Assembly: GCA_034437035.1 (NCBI GenBank)
Contig: DAOTUI010000072.1
Span: 55,107 to 119,106, forward strand
Length of the DNA stretch: 64,000 bases
Direction: 5' to 3'
Source of the DNA: Chloroflexaceae bacterium
GTDB taxonomy: Bacteria > Chloroflexota > Chloroflexia > Chloroflexales > Chloroflexaceae
A program made the position numbers and the translations under genes. Under the pieces are notes generated by a model that was not told where the DNA came from, ran no database searches, and saw nothing but the letters and a program-made list of their open reading frames with translations. Position 1 is the first letter of the stretch; each line of letters begins with the position of its first letter. Below, piece by piece: positions 45,271 through 54,852 of the stretch.

Positions 45271-45582
45271 TTAATCCCTACATCGCCGGACGGGCGTTGC
45301 ACCAGCGCGCGGCATCTTCAAGGTTTCCCCCCAGAGTTCAAAGGACGACTGTAGACCCCGCCCTAACGCCTCCTCATAGATCTTACATGTCTGCTCGTCA
45401 CTCAAACCCTGACCTGGTATGAATATACTACCGTTACCGACCTCGAATGCATTCTCCTGCTGAAGCATCTGCCCAAGCTTCGAGGCAAGCATCACCCCCG
45501 GCTTGTTGGCAAAACCTGCGAAGCGGTCACCGACGATCAAAATGACGTTGTTATCCATCCCTTGTGTCTCCTGATACTGCAT
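45271..45582 (-). CDS. Hypothetical protein (103 aa)
   Basis: AAGGAG SD upstream of the ATG. No recognisable motif. Confidence 0.5.
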   Translation of the reverse strand: MQYQETQGMDNNVILIVGDRFAGFANKPGVMLASKLGQMLQQENAFEVGNGSIFIPGQGLSDEQTCKIYEEALGRGLQSSFELWGETLKMPRAGATPVRRCRD

Positions 45583-45674
45583 CTCTAAGTACTCCTTACT
45601 GGATTAGTGAGATTAGTGAGGGTGAAACGACTCACCTCCACATACGTGTCTTCTTATACGGGAAACAATATTCG

Positions 45675-46310
45675 TTACTCAGCCAGTCGAACGAACCGCC
45701 CATTGAAACCGTGCGCCCGGTGAACCAGCCAGAGGTCATGCAACCACATTTCCGTCTGGCGCATACCATTTGCCGAACTCCACACAATGTCGCGCTCGAA
45801 GGTGACGACCTGCTCCCCCGGACCAACGATGACCCAGAACCAGCGCCCGTCGGCCATATTGCGGCACTTGACCTTCATTCCCATAATCGTCACGGCGAGT
45901 CCCCCGGCCACCTCATCACAGGTGATCAGAATCTTCTCAACGTGAGGTGCCACCCAGTGAACTTTGATAGATGCAGCCAGATCTGGTGCATGCTCCTCCA
46001 GATAGCGGAGGGCCACTGCGCGGGCTGCATCTTCTGCCGGCAACGTTGCCGATGAGAGCTCTTCGGACAGACTGGCGTCCATGCGCATCTCGCCTTTGAG
46101 CATGCCTTCCGGAGTGACAAGGGCGCTGTAGTGCTCGCCGCACAATGCCGGAGCTTCCGTACCGGTGGGCTCAAACCGCAGGTGGTAGACCGATTCGCCA
46201 TCTACCGTGACCTCCTGAACCCAGAGCGATCCAAAACTATCGGGTGGCTGGACCTGTGCAATAACCGCCTCCGGTACGCCCTGAACATCCTGAAATACCC
46301 GTGTTTCCAT
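45675..46310 (-). CDS. Hypothetical protein (211 aa), possibly a PepSY-like segment
   Basis: AAGGAAGG SD. LPAEDAARAVALRYLEEH loosely resembles PepSY. No firm family call. Confidence 0.55.
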   Translation of the reverse strand: METRVFQDVQGVPEAVIAQVQPPDSFGSLWVQEVTVDGESVYHLRFEPTGTEAPALCGEHYSALVTPEGMLKGEMRMDASLSEELSSATLPAEDAARAVALRYLEEHAPDLAASIKVHWVAPHVEKILITCDEVAGGLAVTIMGMKVKCRNMADGRWFWVIVGPGEQVVTFERDIVWSSANGMRQTEMWLHDLWLVHRAHGFNGRFVRLAE

Positions 46311-46343
46311 AACAAGTTTTCCTTCCTTCTCGATAATGGTCCT

Positions 46344-46391
46344 AAACCTACACTGGTCCGAAAAACCTACACTGGTTTAAACCTACACTGG
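46344..46391. promoter_or_regulatory. Three direct repeats of AAACCTACACTGG upstream of the hypothetical two-gene cassette
   Basis: Copies at 46344-46356, 46363-46375 and 46379-46391. Confidence 0.4.
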
Positions 46392-46441
46392 CCCTAAACT
46401 CTTGGATTACACCAGCTATAGCCTGGCTCTGCGTCATCAGA

Positions 46442-47626
46442 CTACTCGGCAAACCTGGGGTGCGGGCGGGTGACATGGCCTGGAGCAACATTGATCATCG
46501 CAGCCAGGGCAAACAGGCTGCCGAGTATCAGGCAAAGCCCCCCAAACCCGAGGGATGCAACCAGCGGTGGGAGTTGCGGTCCCAGGCTGGCACCCACAAA
46601 CAACACAAACGTGTAGAGCGCAATGGCAAGCCCACGTTGCCTGGGTGCCAGGGAGCCGATAAGCGCGATGAGGCTGGGCACCGTAATGCTCACACCCGCC
46701 ACGAAGACAATGCTTGCAGCGACCAGGAACCAGACGGTCGCGCCGACATTCGCTACTGCTGCGGCGGTGAAGAGGCCCACCGCACCGATGCCAAACCCCC
46801 AGCAGACCACTGCGCGCGGCCCATAGGAACGAATGAACTGGGCAGCGATCAGTGGCAGCAGCATGGCGGGCACCGCAGCCGCCCTGACCATTGTCAGATC
46901 CAGCCCGGCTTGCGTGATAGCATCACCGGCAAACAGCGCCAGGGCGGTATAGAATGATACAAAGGCAAAGAGCAGCACCAGTGCCGCCGCGTACCCCCGC
47001 ACCAGGGCACCGTTCTTCAGCAGCCCGGGCAACCCGCTATAGGCTCCGAAGAGACCCTTAAGGTTGCGATGACCAGGCTTGCGCTCCTCCGGCAGCAGCC
47101 AGATAAGCCCGGCCCCCACCGCATAGACACCAGCCAGCGGCAACACTGCCGCCGATAGAGCGCCTGACGCGCCACCGTAGAGCTGCCCCAGCAGGCCGGC
47201 AAGCAGGAACGCCGTGCTCAGGCATGCGATGCCGAAGGTGCCGCGTCGCGCGGGCAGAACCTCGGGGAGGTAGGCCAGGGCCACGGGTGGCAAGGCCGCC
47301 GCCACAAATCCCTGCAGAATTCGCGCACCAACCACCGTCTCGAACGTCGGCGCGAGAGCGACCAGCACACTCGCCAGCGCCAGCGCCAGTAGTCCTGGTG
47401 CCATCACCACCTTGCGCCCTAACCGATCCGACAGCGGTCCAAACACCAGGAACCCTGTCGCGTAGGCGATGCCGAACAGCGTCAGCACCAACCCAGCAGC
47501 AGTCACCGGAACTCCATACTGCCCGGCTACCTGTTCAAGGAGTGGGACTGGTATGTACAGTTGCGAGACAACCGCCAGCGCACAGGCAGCCAGAACACCG
47601 ATAATGGTTGCGGGCGAGCTTTTCAC
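46442..47626 (-). CDS. MFS transporter (12 TM)
   Basis: GPLSDRLGRK loop motif and hydrophobic repeats. GTG 47626 follows GAAGGAG. Confidence 0.85.
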   Translation of the reverse strand: MKSSPATIIGVLAACALAVVSQLYIPVPLLEQVAGQYGVPVTAAGLVLTLFGIAYATGFLVFGPLSDRLGRKVVMAPGLLALALASVLVALAPTFETVVGARILQGFVAAALPPVALAYLPEVLPARRGTFGIACLSTAFLLAGLLGQLYGGASGALSAAVLPLAGVYAVGAGLIWLLPEERKPGHRNLKGLFGAYSGLPGLLKNGALVRGYAAALVLLFAFVSFYTALALFAGDAITQAGLDLTMVRAAAVPAMLLPLIAAQFIRSYGPRAVVCWGFGIGAVGLFTAAAVANVGATVWFLVAASIVFVAGVSITVPSLIALIGSLAPRQRGLAIALYTFVLFVGASLGPQLPPLVASLGFGGLCLILGSLFALAAMINVAPGHVTRPHPRFAE

Positions 47627-48512
47627 GTTACATCTCCTTCCGTTTTCCCCCTTCCCTGACCATACCAGGTGCAACTGAAGCAGTCAGAGAAGATCGATAT
47701 AACCACACCTTACGTTTACTGTAATTTATGAACCGCATTGTAGCACAGACAGAAATAATGTCAACCCAACGTCAGGTGTAGTTTTGTAAAGGTTGTGTTA
47801 AGCGTCGTTTCATAGAAGGTGGGCATTTCTGAACACCGGCAACCGGAACGCCGATCAGGGCTGCGGGAACAAGGTTCACTGTGAGGCACGAGATAGCAGG
47901 GTGAAGCATACAGTCAACTCATCGGGAGTAACTGCACGACATGACGTACGGCTGCAAAGGATTTGATCCGGCATAGCTAAAGGTTCAGGACCGAGGAGCA
48001 TACAATATTATGCACTACCTCTCTGATCCGGCAGTCAGGATCAGTACAAAAGAATGCACGGTCACAGGCAATCGGACGGCAAACTGGAACATTCCGCAGA
48101 ACAGTGTCTACTGATCTCCGGGTATTTCCAGGGAGTACTCGCAGGAATCACTTTCTTCACAAATAGTTTATTTACCTGGTTTTTACCACAATGTTACATT
48201 TTTCACAACGCTGGTTACGATAGGTTTTTTTACCGAACCAAAACGAGTTAAACCTGGCACTTCAGCAGGATTATCCCACATTCAGGACAGTGTACACCTG
48301 CTATGTGCGGCGTCATACGGGTACAACCAGAGGGTCAGGCTATTAACCATAATTAGATGGCAATATGGATTTGCCTGTTACTCCAGGAGGTATCCGGGTT
48401 AACTGGTACCGGGAACCCTGTCTTTCCGGCCGTTGAAAAATGTATTTTTACCTGATACAGTAATGTAGAGAGAAGACGTTTCTAGAAGAATTTTCTCGCG
48501 TTTTGCGGATCA

Positions 48513-48547
48513 CTGCTACAATTTCACAAGGCGGGAAATTGTAGCAG
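48513..48547. other. 13-bp perfect stem hairpin in the ORF-free gap
   Basis: CTGCTACAATTTC-ACAAGGCGG-GAAATTGTAGCAG. A TTGAAA-17 nt-TACAGT promoter-like pair lies about 50-80 nt upstream on the plus strand. Confidence 0.5.
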
Positions 48548-48644
48548 TAGTGGTCAAGAGGTTATTTGGATCGCCGGCCGGCTCATAGCGCATCTGCACC
48601 TGAGTCATGCCGGCGTAAGAGGTAGTTGTACACAAACAAATGGG

Positions 48645-49100
48645 TTAAGCTCTGGTGAGCGGTGTTGCTGGGCGCTCTCGGGCTTTCCGTATGGCCTGTT
48701 CAAGCATACCCTCAATCCGGGAGATATTCGTTTGTAGATCATCACGGAAGCGCTCGAGTTCGGCAAGTTTATGCTCCGTCTCGGCAAGTTGTTCGCGGAG
48801 AATTTTCAGCACCTGCTGCTTGCCCATGACACCGGATGGCTCATCAAAGTAGAGATCGATGACTCCTCGGATCTCTTCCAGCGAGAGACCGAGTTGTTGG
48901 AGTTGCTTGATCTTATGCAGTCGGGCAAGCGCTTCCTGATTATAGTAGCGATGACCACCGGTCGCCCGTTCAGTAGGTGCGAGTAACCCCTCCTCCTCAT
49001 AGTAGTGGATCGTGCGATGGCTGATATCCGCCCGCCGGGCCAGTTCGCCTATCCGCATCCGCTCTGGTGCTTCCGAGATGCTGATTTCTTTATCCGGCAT
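48645..49100 (-). CDS. MerR-family transcriptional regulator
   Basis: IGELARRADISHRTIHYYEEEGLL HTH and a coiled-coil C-terminus. Confidence 0.85.
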   Translation of the reverse strand: MPDKEISISEAPERMRIGELARRADISHRTIHYYEEEGLLAPTERATGGHRYYNQEALARLHKIKQLQQLGLSLEEIRGVIDLYFDEPSGVMGKQQVLKILREQLAETEHKLAELERFRDDLQTNISRIEGMLEQAIRKARERPATPLTRA

Positions 49101-49418
49101 ATTTCACCACCTGACGTAAATTTCCGATTCCTATGCAATAGTTTACCTCAATCCCGGCCCTACGGCAAGTGTTACCGGTGTCGGGATAAAAATCCGCAGA
49201 TCTGCCGGGCAATTACGCCGGCGTGAGAATAAGCCAGAGGAGTGCGCGTAGTTGGAGAAGATAACGCCCGGCCATGCGAGATAAGTTCGCACGGCCAGGC
49301 AATCGTGGTATTGCCGGGGGTGGGCTTTCAGCAGAACAACCTGAAAGTTCACGGAAAGCAGCACCATAACCGGGGTACAGCGGTACGCCGCACATCGAAC
49401 CAGCTTCAGTTACATCGG

Positions 49419-50732
49419 TTATAGCCCCGGCTGCGCCAGCAATGTCGCCACCAGATCAGCCCGGGCCACATTGCGCTGCTCACCGCTGCCCAGATCTTTC
49501 AGGACAACCTCGCCCCGCGCCAGATCATCGGGGCCCAGCACCAGCACATAGCGCACGCCCTTGCGGTCGGCCTCCTTGAACTGCTTGCCCAGGCTGGTAT
49601 CCGGCTCCAGCGCGGTTATCACATTCAACCCCGCCGCGCGCAGTTCCCGCGTCAGATGCAGGCTGGCGGCAAGCTGATCGGCGCTAAAGATAGTCATAAA
49701 AACCTGCGCGGTAGTCTGGGGACGCGGACCAATATTCAGCTCCTCCATCACATCGTGCAGGCGATCAATGCCGAAGGCCAGGCCAACGGTTGGCACGGCG
49801 CGGTTGGCAAAGAGGCCAACCAGTTCGTCATAGCGCCCGCCCCCCAGCAGTGAGCCCTCGGGCCAGTGCGACGAGATTGACTCGAACACCGCGCCGGTGT
49901 AGTAGGAGAGCCCGCGCGCCAGGCGCGGCGCAACGGCGTAACATTCGGCGGGCACACCCATATTTTCCAGATAGGTGACAATGGCTCGCAGATTCTCAAC
50001 AGCGGCCAGGGCGCGTTCATCACCCGCCAGCCGTTGGGCCAGTTCGGTCAGGATCGCGTCCGACGCGCCCTCCAGCATGACCATCTCCAGAATATGCTCT
50101 ACCGCCGCGCGCGCCACACCGCTCCGCAGCAGTTCTTCCCGCACCCCATCCGCGCCGATCTTGTCAAGTTTGTCAATGGCGCGGTAGACCCCACCGGCAG
50201 CTTCTTCATCCAGGCCACTGGCACGCGCAATGCCACCCAGCACCTGGCGATGGTTCAGCAGCGTCACAAAGCTCGGAAACTCGAGCGCGCCGAGCGCATC
50301 GGTGACAACCGCGACAATCTCGGCGTCGGCCAGCGGGGAGGAACTACCCACAATATCAACATCGGCCTGCCAGAACTCACGATAGCGCCCGCGTGCCGGC
50401 CGCTCACCGCGATAGCTGGGACCAATCGCGTAGCGCCGCCAGGGCAGATTAATCTGGCCGGCATACTGCGCCACCACCCGTGCCAGGGGTACCGTCTGAT
50501 CATAGCGCAGGGCCAGCCGCCGCCCGCCATGATCCTCAAAGCGGTAGATCAACTTCTCCTCGTCGCCCAGCTTGCCCTCAAGCGTTTCGGCATACTCCAC
50601 CACCGACGTTGAGAGCGGCTCAAAGCCATAACGCTCAAACACCGCCGTCAGGGTTGAGATAATATGCTGCCGCAGCAACATTGCCTGCGGCAGATGATCG
50701 CGCATTCCTTTGATATTCTGAACCTTTGTCAT
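49419..50732 (-). CDS. hisS: Histidine--tRNA ligase
   Basis: Class II motifs: GMRD, RYDQTVPLAR, FWQADVD, GGGRYD. C-terminal anticodon-binding domain. Confidence 0.95.
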   Translation of the reverse strand: MTKVQNIKGMRDHLPQAMLLRQHIISTLTAVFERYGFEPLSTSVVEYAETLEGKLGDEEKLIYRFEDHGGRRLALRYDQTVPLARVVAQYAGQINLPWRRYAIGPSYRGERPARGRYREFWQADVDIVGSSSPLADAEIVAVVTDALGALEFPSFVTLLNHRQVLGGIARASGLDEEAAGGVYRAIDKLDKIGADGVREELLRSGVARAAVEHILEMVMLEGASDAILTELAQRLAGDERALAAVENLRAIVTYLENMGVPAECYAVAPRLARGLSYYTGAVFESISSHWPEGSLLGGGRYDELVGLFANRAVPTVGLAFGIDRLHDVMEELNIGPRPQTTAQVFMTIFSADQLAASLHLTRELRAAGLNVITALEPDTSLGKQFKEADRKGVRYVLVLGPDDLARGEVVLKDLGSGEQRNVARADLVATLLAQPGL

Positions 50733-50800
50733 GTTTTTTCTCTGGTAGTGTTATACTTAACTATACGAGGTACGCGATAGATACACGAAACGGCTGTTTG

Positions 50801-50954
50801 CTAAGACATGGTTCAGAATCAGCGTTTCTTACTTGACAGTCTGAACGATCTCGGGTTGTCAGAAAAAACCTTCTGGCGCATCAGGAAGGGATTAGTAAGC
50901 ATTTTCATTATGTTAACTGTCAAGTAGGATTGAACCATGTCTTAGGGGCAATAC
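50801..50954. repeat. IR-bounded 154-bp module (15-bp perfect ends CTAAGACATGGTTCA/TGAACCATGTCTTAG plus inner IR TACTTGACAGT/ACTGTCAAGTA)
   Basis: Read directly. It abuts MITE copy C1 and has no coding capacity. Confidence 0.65.
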
Positions 50955-50958
50955 CTTT

Positions 50959-51165
50959 CAAATAACCGGGCTTCCGTGGTTCCTTACCTGGAAGAGGATA
51001 TCGCCTCCGGCAGGATGGAAGAAACCATCCTTTTTTCACAAAGTGGAAATTTTTTGTGAAAAAAGATAAAAATGTACCATGCTGCCGCAGGCGAAACCGT
51101 TCTGTAGCGGAGCAAACGTCCGGTTTGCACTGCTACTACGCAGGTTCTGCTCTTTGAAAGGTATT
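50959..51165 (+). mobile_element. MITE-like repeat, long form, copy C1 (forward core)
   Basis: Outer ends AATACCTTTCAAATAA / CTCTTTGAAAGGTATT. Arms ATCGCCTCCGGCAGGATGGAAG and GTACCATGCTGCCGCAGGCGAA. The central stem is 13 bp. Confidence 0.85.
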
Positions 51166-51227
51166 GGGATTAGGGGTTATTGCCGGTTAACCGTTAACAA
51201 TTCGTCCGCGTGCTTCCTATGATTTCA

Positions 51228-51424
51228 CACAAGTTACGCTGTCACGAACCTGAAAGGACATTTTGCCTCCGGCAGGGCGGAAGGCTCCTGTCTTTGTTCA
51301 CAAAACATTTGCACTCTGTGCAAATGTTTTGTGAACAAAGATACAAAAGTACCATGCTGCCGCAGGCGAATCTGACTTCCATCTGATCAAACATCCGATT
51401 TGTCCACCCACCGCGTAACGCGTG
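51228..51424 (+). mobile_element. MITE-like repeat copy C2
   Basis: TIRs CACAAGTTACGCTGT / ACCGCGTAACGCGTG. Central 24-bp perfect palindrome at 51291-51341. Both conserved arms are present. Confidence 0.85.
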
Positions 51425-51486
51425 TTATTTGATAAGATATTAGGGTCAGGGTCTAATTCGTATCCGTTAAAGAGGATCTATCAACT

Positions 51487-52413
51487 GTGCAGATTGTCCA
51501 CTCACTTGAATCGCGGCTCACCGACCGGCCGACGGTGCTGACAATCGGGAAGTTTGACGGCGTTCACTTGGGACATCAGCGCCTGGTGCGCACGGCTGTC
51601 ACGCGCGCGCGGGAACTCGGTTGCCTCAGCGCAGTACTGACCTTTGAGCCGCATCCCGATGTCGTCATTCGCCCGGAGCGAGAGCTCTACCTGCTGACCA
51701 GCCTGGACGAGCGGAGCGAACTGCTGGGGCAACTCGGCCCTGATCTGCTGGTTGTGGCCCCTTTCTCTCACGAAACCATGAGCACACCCGCCGCTGAGTA
51801 TATGCGCCGGATCTGCACGGCCCTGCCACTGCGCGAACTCTGGGTGGGGAGCGACTTTGCGCTGGGCCGGGGGCGCGAAGGCGATGTCCCGCGTCTGCGG
51901 GAGATCGGGCAGGATCTGGGCTACACTGTCGGCTCGGTCGATGCAGTCGAACTGGATGGCGCGCCGGTCAGTGCCTCGCGCGCGCGCCAGAGCCTCTACG
52001 CGGGCGATGTGCAGGGCGTGATTCCGCTGCTGGGGCGGCCCTTCTGGATTCGTGGCCCGGTGGAGGAGGGCGACCGGCGCGGGCAGACGATCGGCTACCC
52101 GACCGCCAATATCGCCGTTGCGCCGGTGCATGCCCTGCCCGCCGATGGCGTCTATGCCTGCCAGGTCTATCTTGATACGGAGCCGCTGCCCGCCGTGACC
52201 AATGTGGGGACGCGCCCGACCTTTGCGGGCACCCGCCGCACGGTGGAAGCGCATCTGCTGGACTGGCAGGGCAATCTCTATGGGCAGACGGTGCGGCTGG
52301 AGTTTCTGCATCACCTGCGTGGCGAGCAGAAGTTTAGCGGGATCGACGAACTGGTTGCGCAGATCGGGCGTGATGCGGCGCGCGCACGCGAGTTGCTCCG
52401 TGGAGGAGCATAA
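51487..52413 (+). CDS. ribF: Bifunctional riboflavin kinase / FMN adenylyltransferase
   Basis: GKFDGVHLGHQ, GYPTANI, and LEFLHHLRGEQKF with the conserved C-terminal kinase domain. GTG start. Confidence 0.9.
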   Translation: MQIVHSLESRLTDRPTVLTIGKFDGVHLGHQRLVRTAVTRARELGCLSAVLTFEPHPDVVIRPERELYLLTSLDERSELLGQLGPDLLVVAPFSHETMSTPAAEYMRRICTALPLRELWVGSDFALGRGREGDVPRLREIGQDLGYTVGSVDAVELDGAPVSASRARQSLYAGDVQGVIPLLGRPFWIRGPVEEGDRRGQTIGYPTANIAVAPVHALPADGVYACQVYLDTEPLPAVTNVGTRPTFAGTRRTVEAHLLDWQGNLYGQTVRLEFLHHLRGEQKFSGIDELVAQIGRDAARARELLRGGA

Positions 52414-52415
52414 TC

Positions 52416-52949
52416 ATGGAGCCGGACTACGCTATCGTGCCGGCTCAACCGGAGCATCTGCCCTACCTGGATGCGATCGAACTGGCGGCAGTTCAGCAGT
52501 TTGCGCCCTGGGGTATCCCTGAGCATATTCTGAATACCACCATGGGTCTGGAGGATCTGCAGCATGCGCATGCTGCCGGACTGCTCTGGGTGGCACTTTT
52601 ACCCGGTGGTGAGCCGGTAGGCTTTGCCCTGGTGAAGCTGCTGACCACAGGGCCATATCTGGCGGAAGTCGATGTTCACCCGGCCCATGGCCGGCGCGGT
52701 CTGGGCCGTCGGTTGGTCACCACCGTCTGTGATTGGGCCGCAGCCGCCGGGCATTCCGCCGTGACGCTGATTACCTTCCGTGACATTCCCTGGAATGCGC
52801 CCTTCTATGCCCGCCTGGGATTTCGCGCGCTGGACCCGGCGGAACTCGCGCCCGAACTGACCGAGCGGGTGCGCCGGGAGGCTGCCCACGGTCTTGACCC
52901 GGCACAGCGCGTGGTCATGCGCTACGACATCCATCCAGACGCGGTGTAG
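52416..52949 (+). CDS. GNAT-family N-acetyltransferase
   Basis: VHPAHGRRGLGRRL (R/QxxGxG/A) motif. GGAGGAG SD. Confidence 0.8.
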   Translation: MEPDYAIVPAQPEHLPYLDAIELAAVQQFAPWGIPEHILNTTMGLEDLQHAHAAGLLWVALLPGGEPVGFALVKLLTTGPYLAEVDVHPAHGRRGLGRRLVTTVCDWAAAAGHSAVTLITFRDIPWNAPFYARLGFRALDPAELAPELTERVRREAAHGLDPAQRVVMRYDIHPDAV

Positions 52950-53007
52950 CTCCGGCTTCCAGCCGGATAAGTCAATCTTTACCCGCCAGAACACCAGGGG
53001 AGAGCAG

Positions 53008-54198
53008 ATGTTTCCCATTTTAAAGCTAACCGGCGACCCGCATGCGCGCGGCGTGCAGTATGGCTCGCAGGCTGCCGACCAGATCCGCCACAGCATCGCC
53101 AGTTATGCGCGGCTGTTTGCCTATCGCCACGGGCGCGACTGGAATGCCGTGCAGACGGTGGCGCCGGACTATGTGCCACTGCTGGAAGCCCATACCCCCG
53201 ACCTGCTGACGGAGATCCGCGGCATCGCGGAGGGTTCCGGGCGTACGCTGTCCGAGATTGTGGCCCTCAATGCCCGCACCGAACTGCTGGCCGGTCCCCG
53301 CCGGGCGGGAGCGCATCCCGACTATCGCGGCGCTATGGCGCGCAACCAGGCCATCGGTGTGCCGCAGCATGCCGACACGCCGGATCTGACGGCTGACGAT
53401 ACGACCATCTTTGATATGCCGCCGCCCGATCAGGGCGAGTGTACGACGGTGGCGGCCCTGCCCGAGGCAACGGCGAACGGTACAACGCTGCCGGCCCAGA
53501 CCTGGGACTGGACCGGCGATCAGCGGGCAGCCTGTGTGCTGCTGCACATCACCGCCCCCGACCATCCCACCATCCTGACGCTGACTGAGGCGGGGATCAT
53601 CGCCAAGATCGGTCTGAACGATGCGGGCGTGGGTGTCTGCCTCAACATCCTTAGCTCAAATGCCGATGGCACCACCCCCGGCCTGCCGATTCATGTGCTC
53701 TTGCGCTACCTGCTGCAACTGCCCGACAGCAACGCGGTGCGTGCCGCCGTTGCGCGGGTGCCGCTCGCGGCTTCCTCCTGCATTTCCGTGGCCGACGCGG
53801 GCGGGCAGGCAGTCAGCCTGGAGGTAACACCGAACGGGGTGGGCGAACTGGAACCGCAGGATGGCTTGCTGGCACACACCAACCACTGCCTGGCCGAAGC
53901 AACCTGCGCCGGGGAGCGCGCGCTTGACCCGGCATCGAGCAGTGTGCCGCGCTTTGACCGCGCCAGCGAGCTACTGACCCGTCAGCGTGGCACGCTTGAC
54001 CCGGCGGCGCTGATGGAACTGCTACGCGACCGGGAGGGTGCGCCCAACTGCATCTGCCGCCGCCCCGATATGCAACTGCACCCGAGCGAACGCCCCGAAA
54101 GCGTTGCCGGCGTTGTGCTGGACCTGCCGGGCCGGGTGATGCATGTGGCTCCAGGGGTGCCGTGTGATGTGGAGTTTGAAGCAATTAAAGTGTGCTAA
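53008..54198 (+). CDS. Peptidase C45 / acyl-CoA:6-aminopenicillanic-acid acyltransferase-family Ntn hydrolase
   Basis: MFPILKLTGDPHARGVQYG start and a candidate autoprocessing site GEC|TTVAA. ATG 53008 is preferred to 52894. Confidence 0.75.
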   Translation: MFPILKLTGDPHARGVQYGSQAADQIRHSIASYARLFAYRHGRDWNAVQTVAPDYVPLLEAHTPDLLTEIRGIAEGSGRTLSEIVALNARTELLAGPRRAGAHPDYRGAMARNQAIGVPQHADTPDLTADDTTIFDMPPPDQGECTTVAALPEATANGTTLPAQTWDWTGDQRAACVLLHITAPDHPTILTLTEAGIIAKIGLNDAGVGVCLNILSSNADGTTPGLPIHVLLRYLLQLPDSNAVRAAVARVPLAASSCISVADAGGQAVSLEVTPNGVGELEPQDGLLAHTNHCLAEATCAGERALDPASSSVPRFDRASELLTRQRGTLDPAALMELLRDREGAPNCICRRPDMQLHPSERPESVAGVVLDLPGRVMHVAPGVPCDVEFEAIKVC

Positions 54199-54231
54199 AC
54201 GAAATGCAAGAATGAAACGTATAGCACGAGC

Positions 54232-54852
54232 ATGACTACCTACACCGAACAACAGGCGTGTACTCCAATCGCCCTGAATGTGAAGAACCTCAACCAGAAC
54301 GCGGTACTCCCCTATGGCATGCAAGTTGACCATGTCTTTTCGGCAATGACCGATTTCCTTGACTTCCTGGGATTTGTGAATAACCAGTTGCACAGCAAAG
54401 GGCTAACGCGCCTGGAGTCAATGCTCATGCCTGCAAATTTTAGCAGTATTGTCGGCGAGTTTATGACAGTGACAATTCCCAAACACTGCGCCAGTATTAC
54501 GCGAAACAAATACCATAACGGCCATCCTGATCTGATACCGGCAGGAATGTTTCCCAACAACGAGGTACAACATTCGACTACTGGCATAGAGGTCAAAGCG
54601 TCGCGTTATTCACGCGGCTGGCAAGGACATAATCCGGAGGATATCTGGTTGATGGTCTTTGTGTTCGATAGTAACCGCGCCCGGGATACGCAACCCAGAC
54701 CATTCAAGTTTGTGAAGGTGGTAGGTGCGCAACTGGCAAAAAGCGACTGGCTTTTCTCAGGTAGGTCGGCACAGAGTCGCCGTACCATTACCGCCAGTGT
54801 TACCAATACCGGCTATCAAAAGATGATGGCGAACTGGCTCTACAAAGCCTGA
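54232..54852 (+). CDS. Candidate type II restriction endonuclease (PD-(D/E)xK)
   Basis: HPD-x20-IEVK fits PD...(D/E)xK. It is convergent with, and 13 bp 3'-overlapping, a DNA methyltransferase gene. No other family motif recognised. Confidence 0.55.
   Translation: MTTYTEQQACTPIALNVKNLNQNAVLPYGMQVDHVFSAMTDFLDFLGFVNNQLHSKGLTRLESMLMPANFSSIVGEFMTVTIPKHCASITRNKYHNGHPDLIPAGMFPNNEVQHSTTGIEVKASRYSRGWQGHNPEDIWLMVFVFDSNRARDTQPRPFKFVKVVGAQLAKSDWLFSGRSAQSRRTITASVTNTGYQKMMANWLYKA

Noticed and set aside
47960-48010. SRP-RNA-like CAGGACCGAGGAGCA segment
   Set aside because: It resembles the 4.5S helix-8 motif only superficially. There is no GNRA tetraloop hairpin and no complementary 3' strand.
51400-51425. 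T-box-like CCACCGCG word in the hisS upstream region
   Set aside because: It is on the wrong strand for the hisS leader. It is part of the right TIR of MITE copy C2. No specifier-loop or AGAGA/GNUGGNA context was found.
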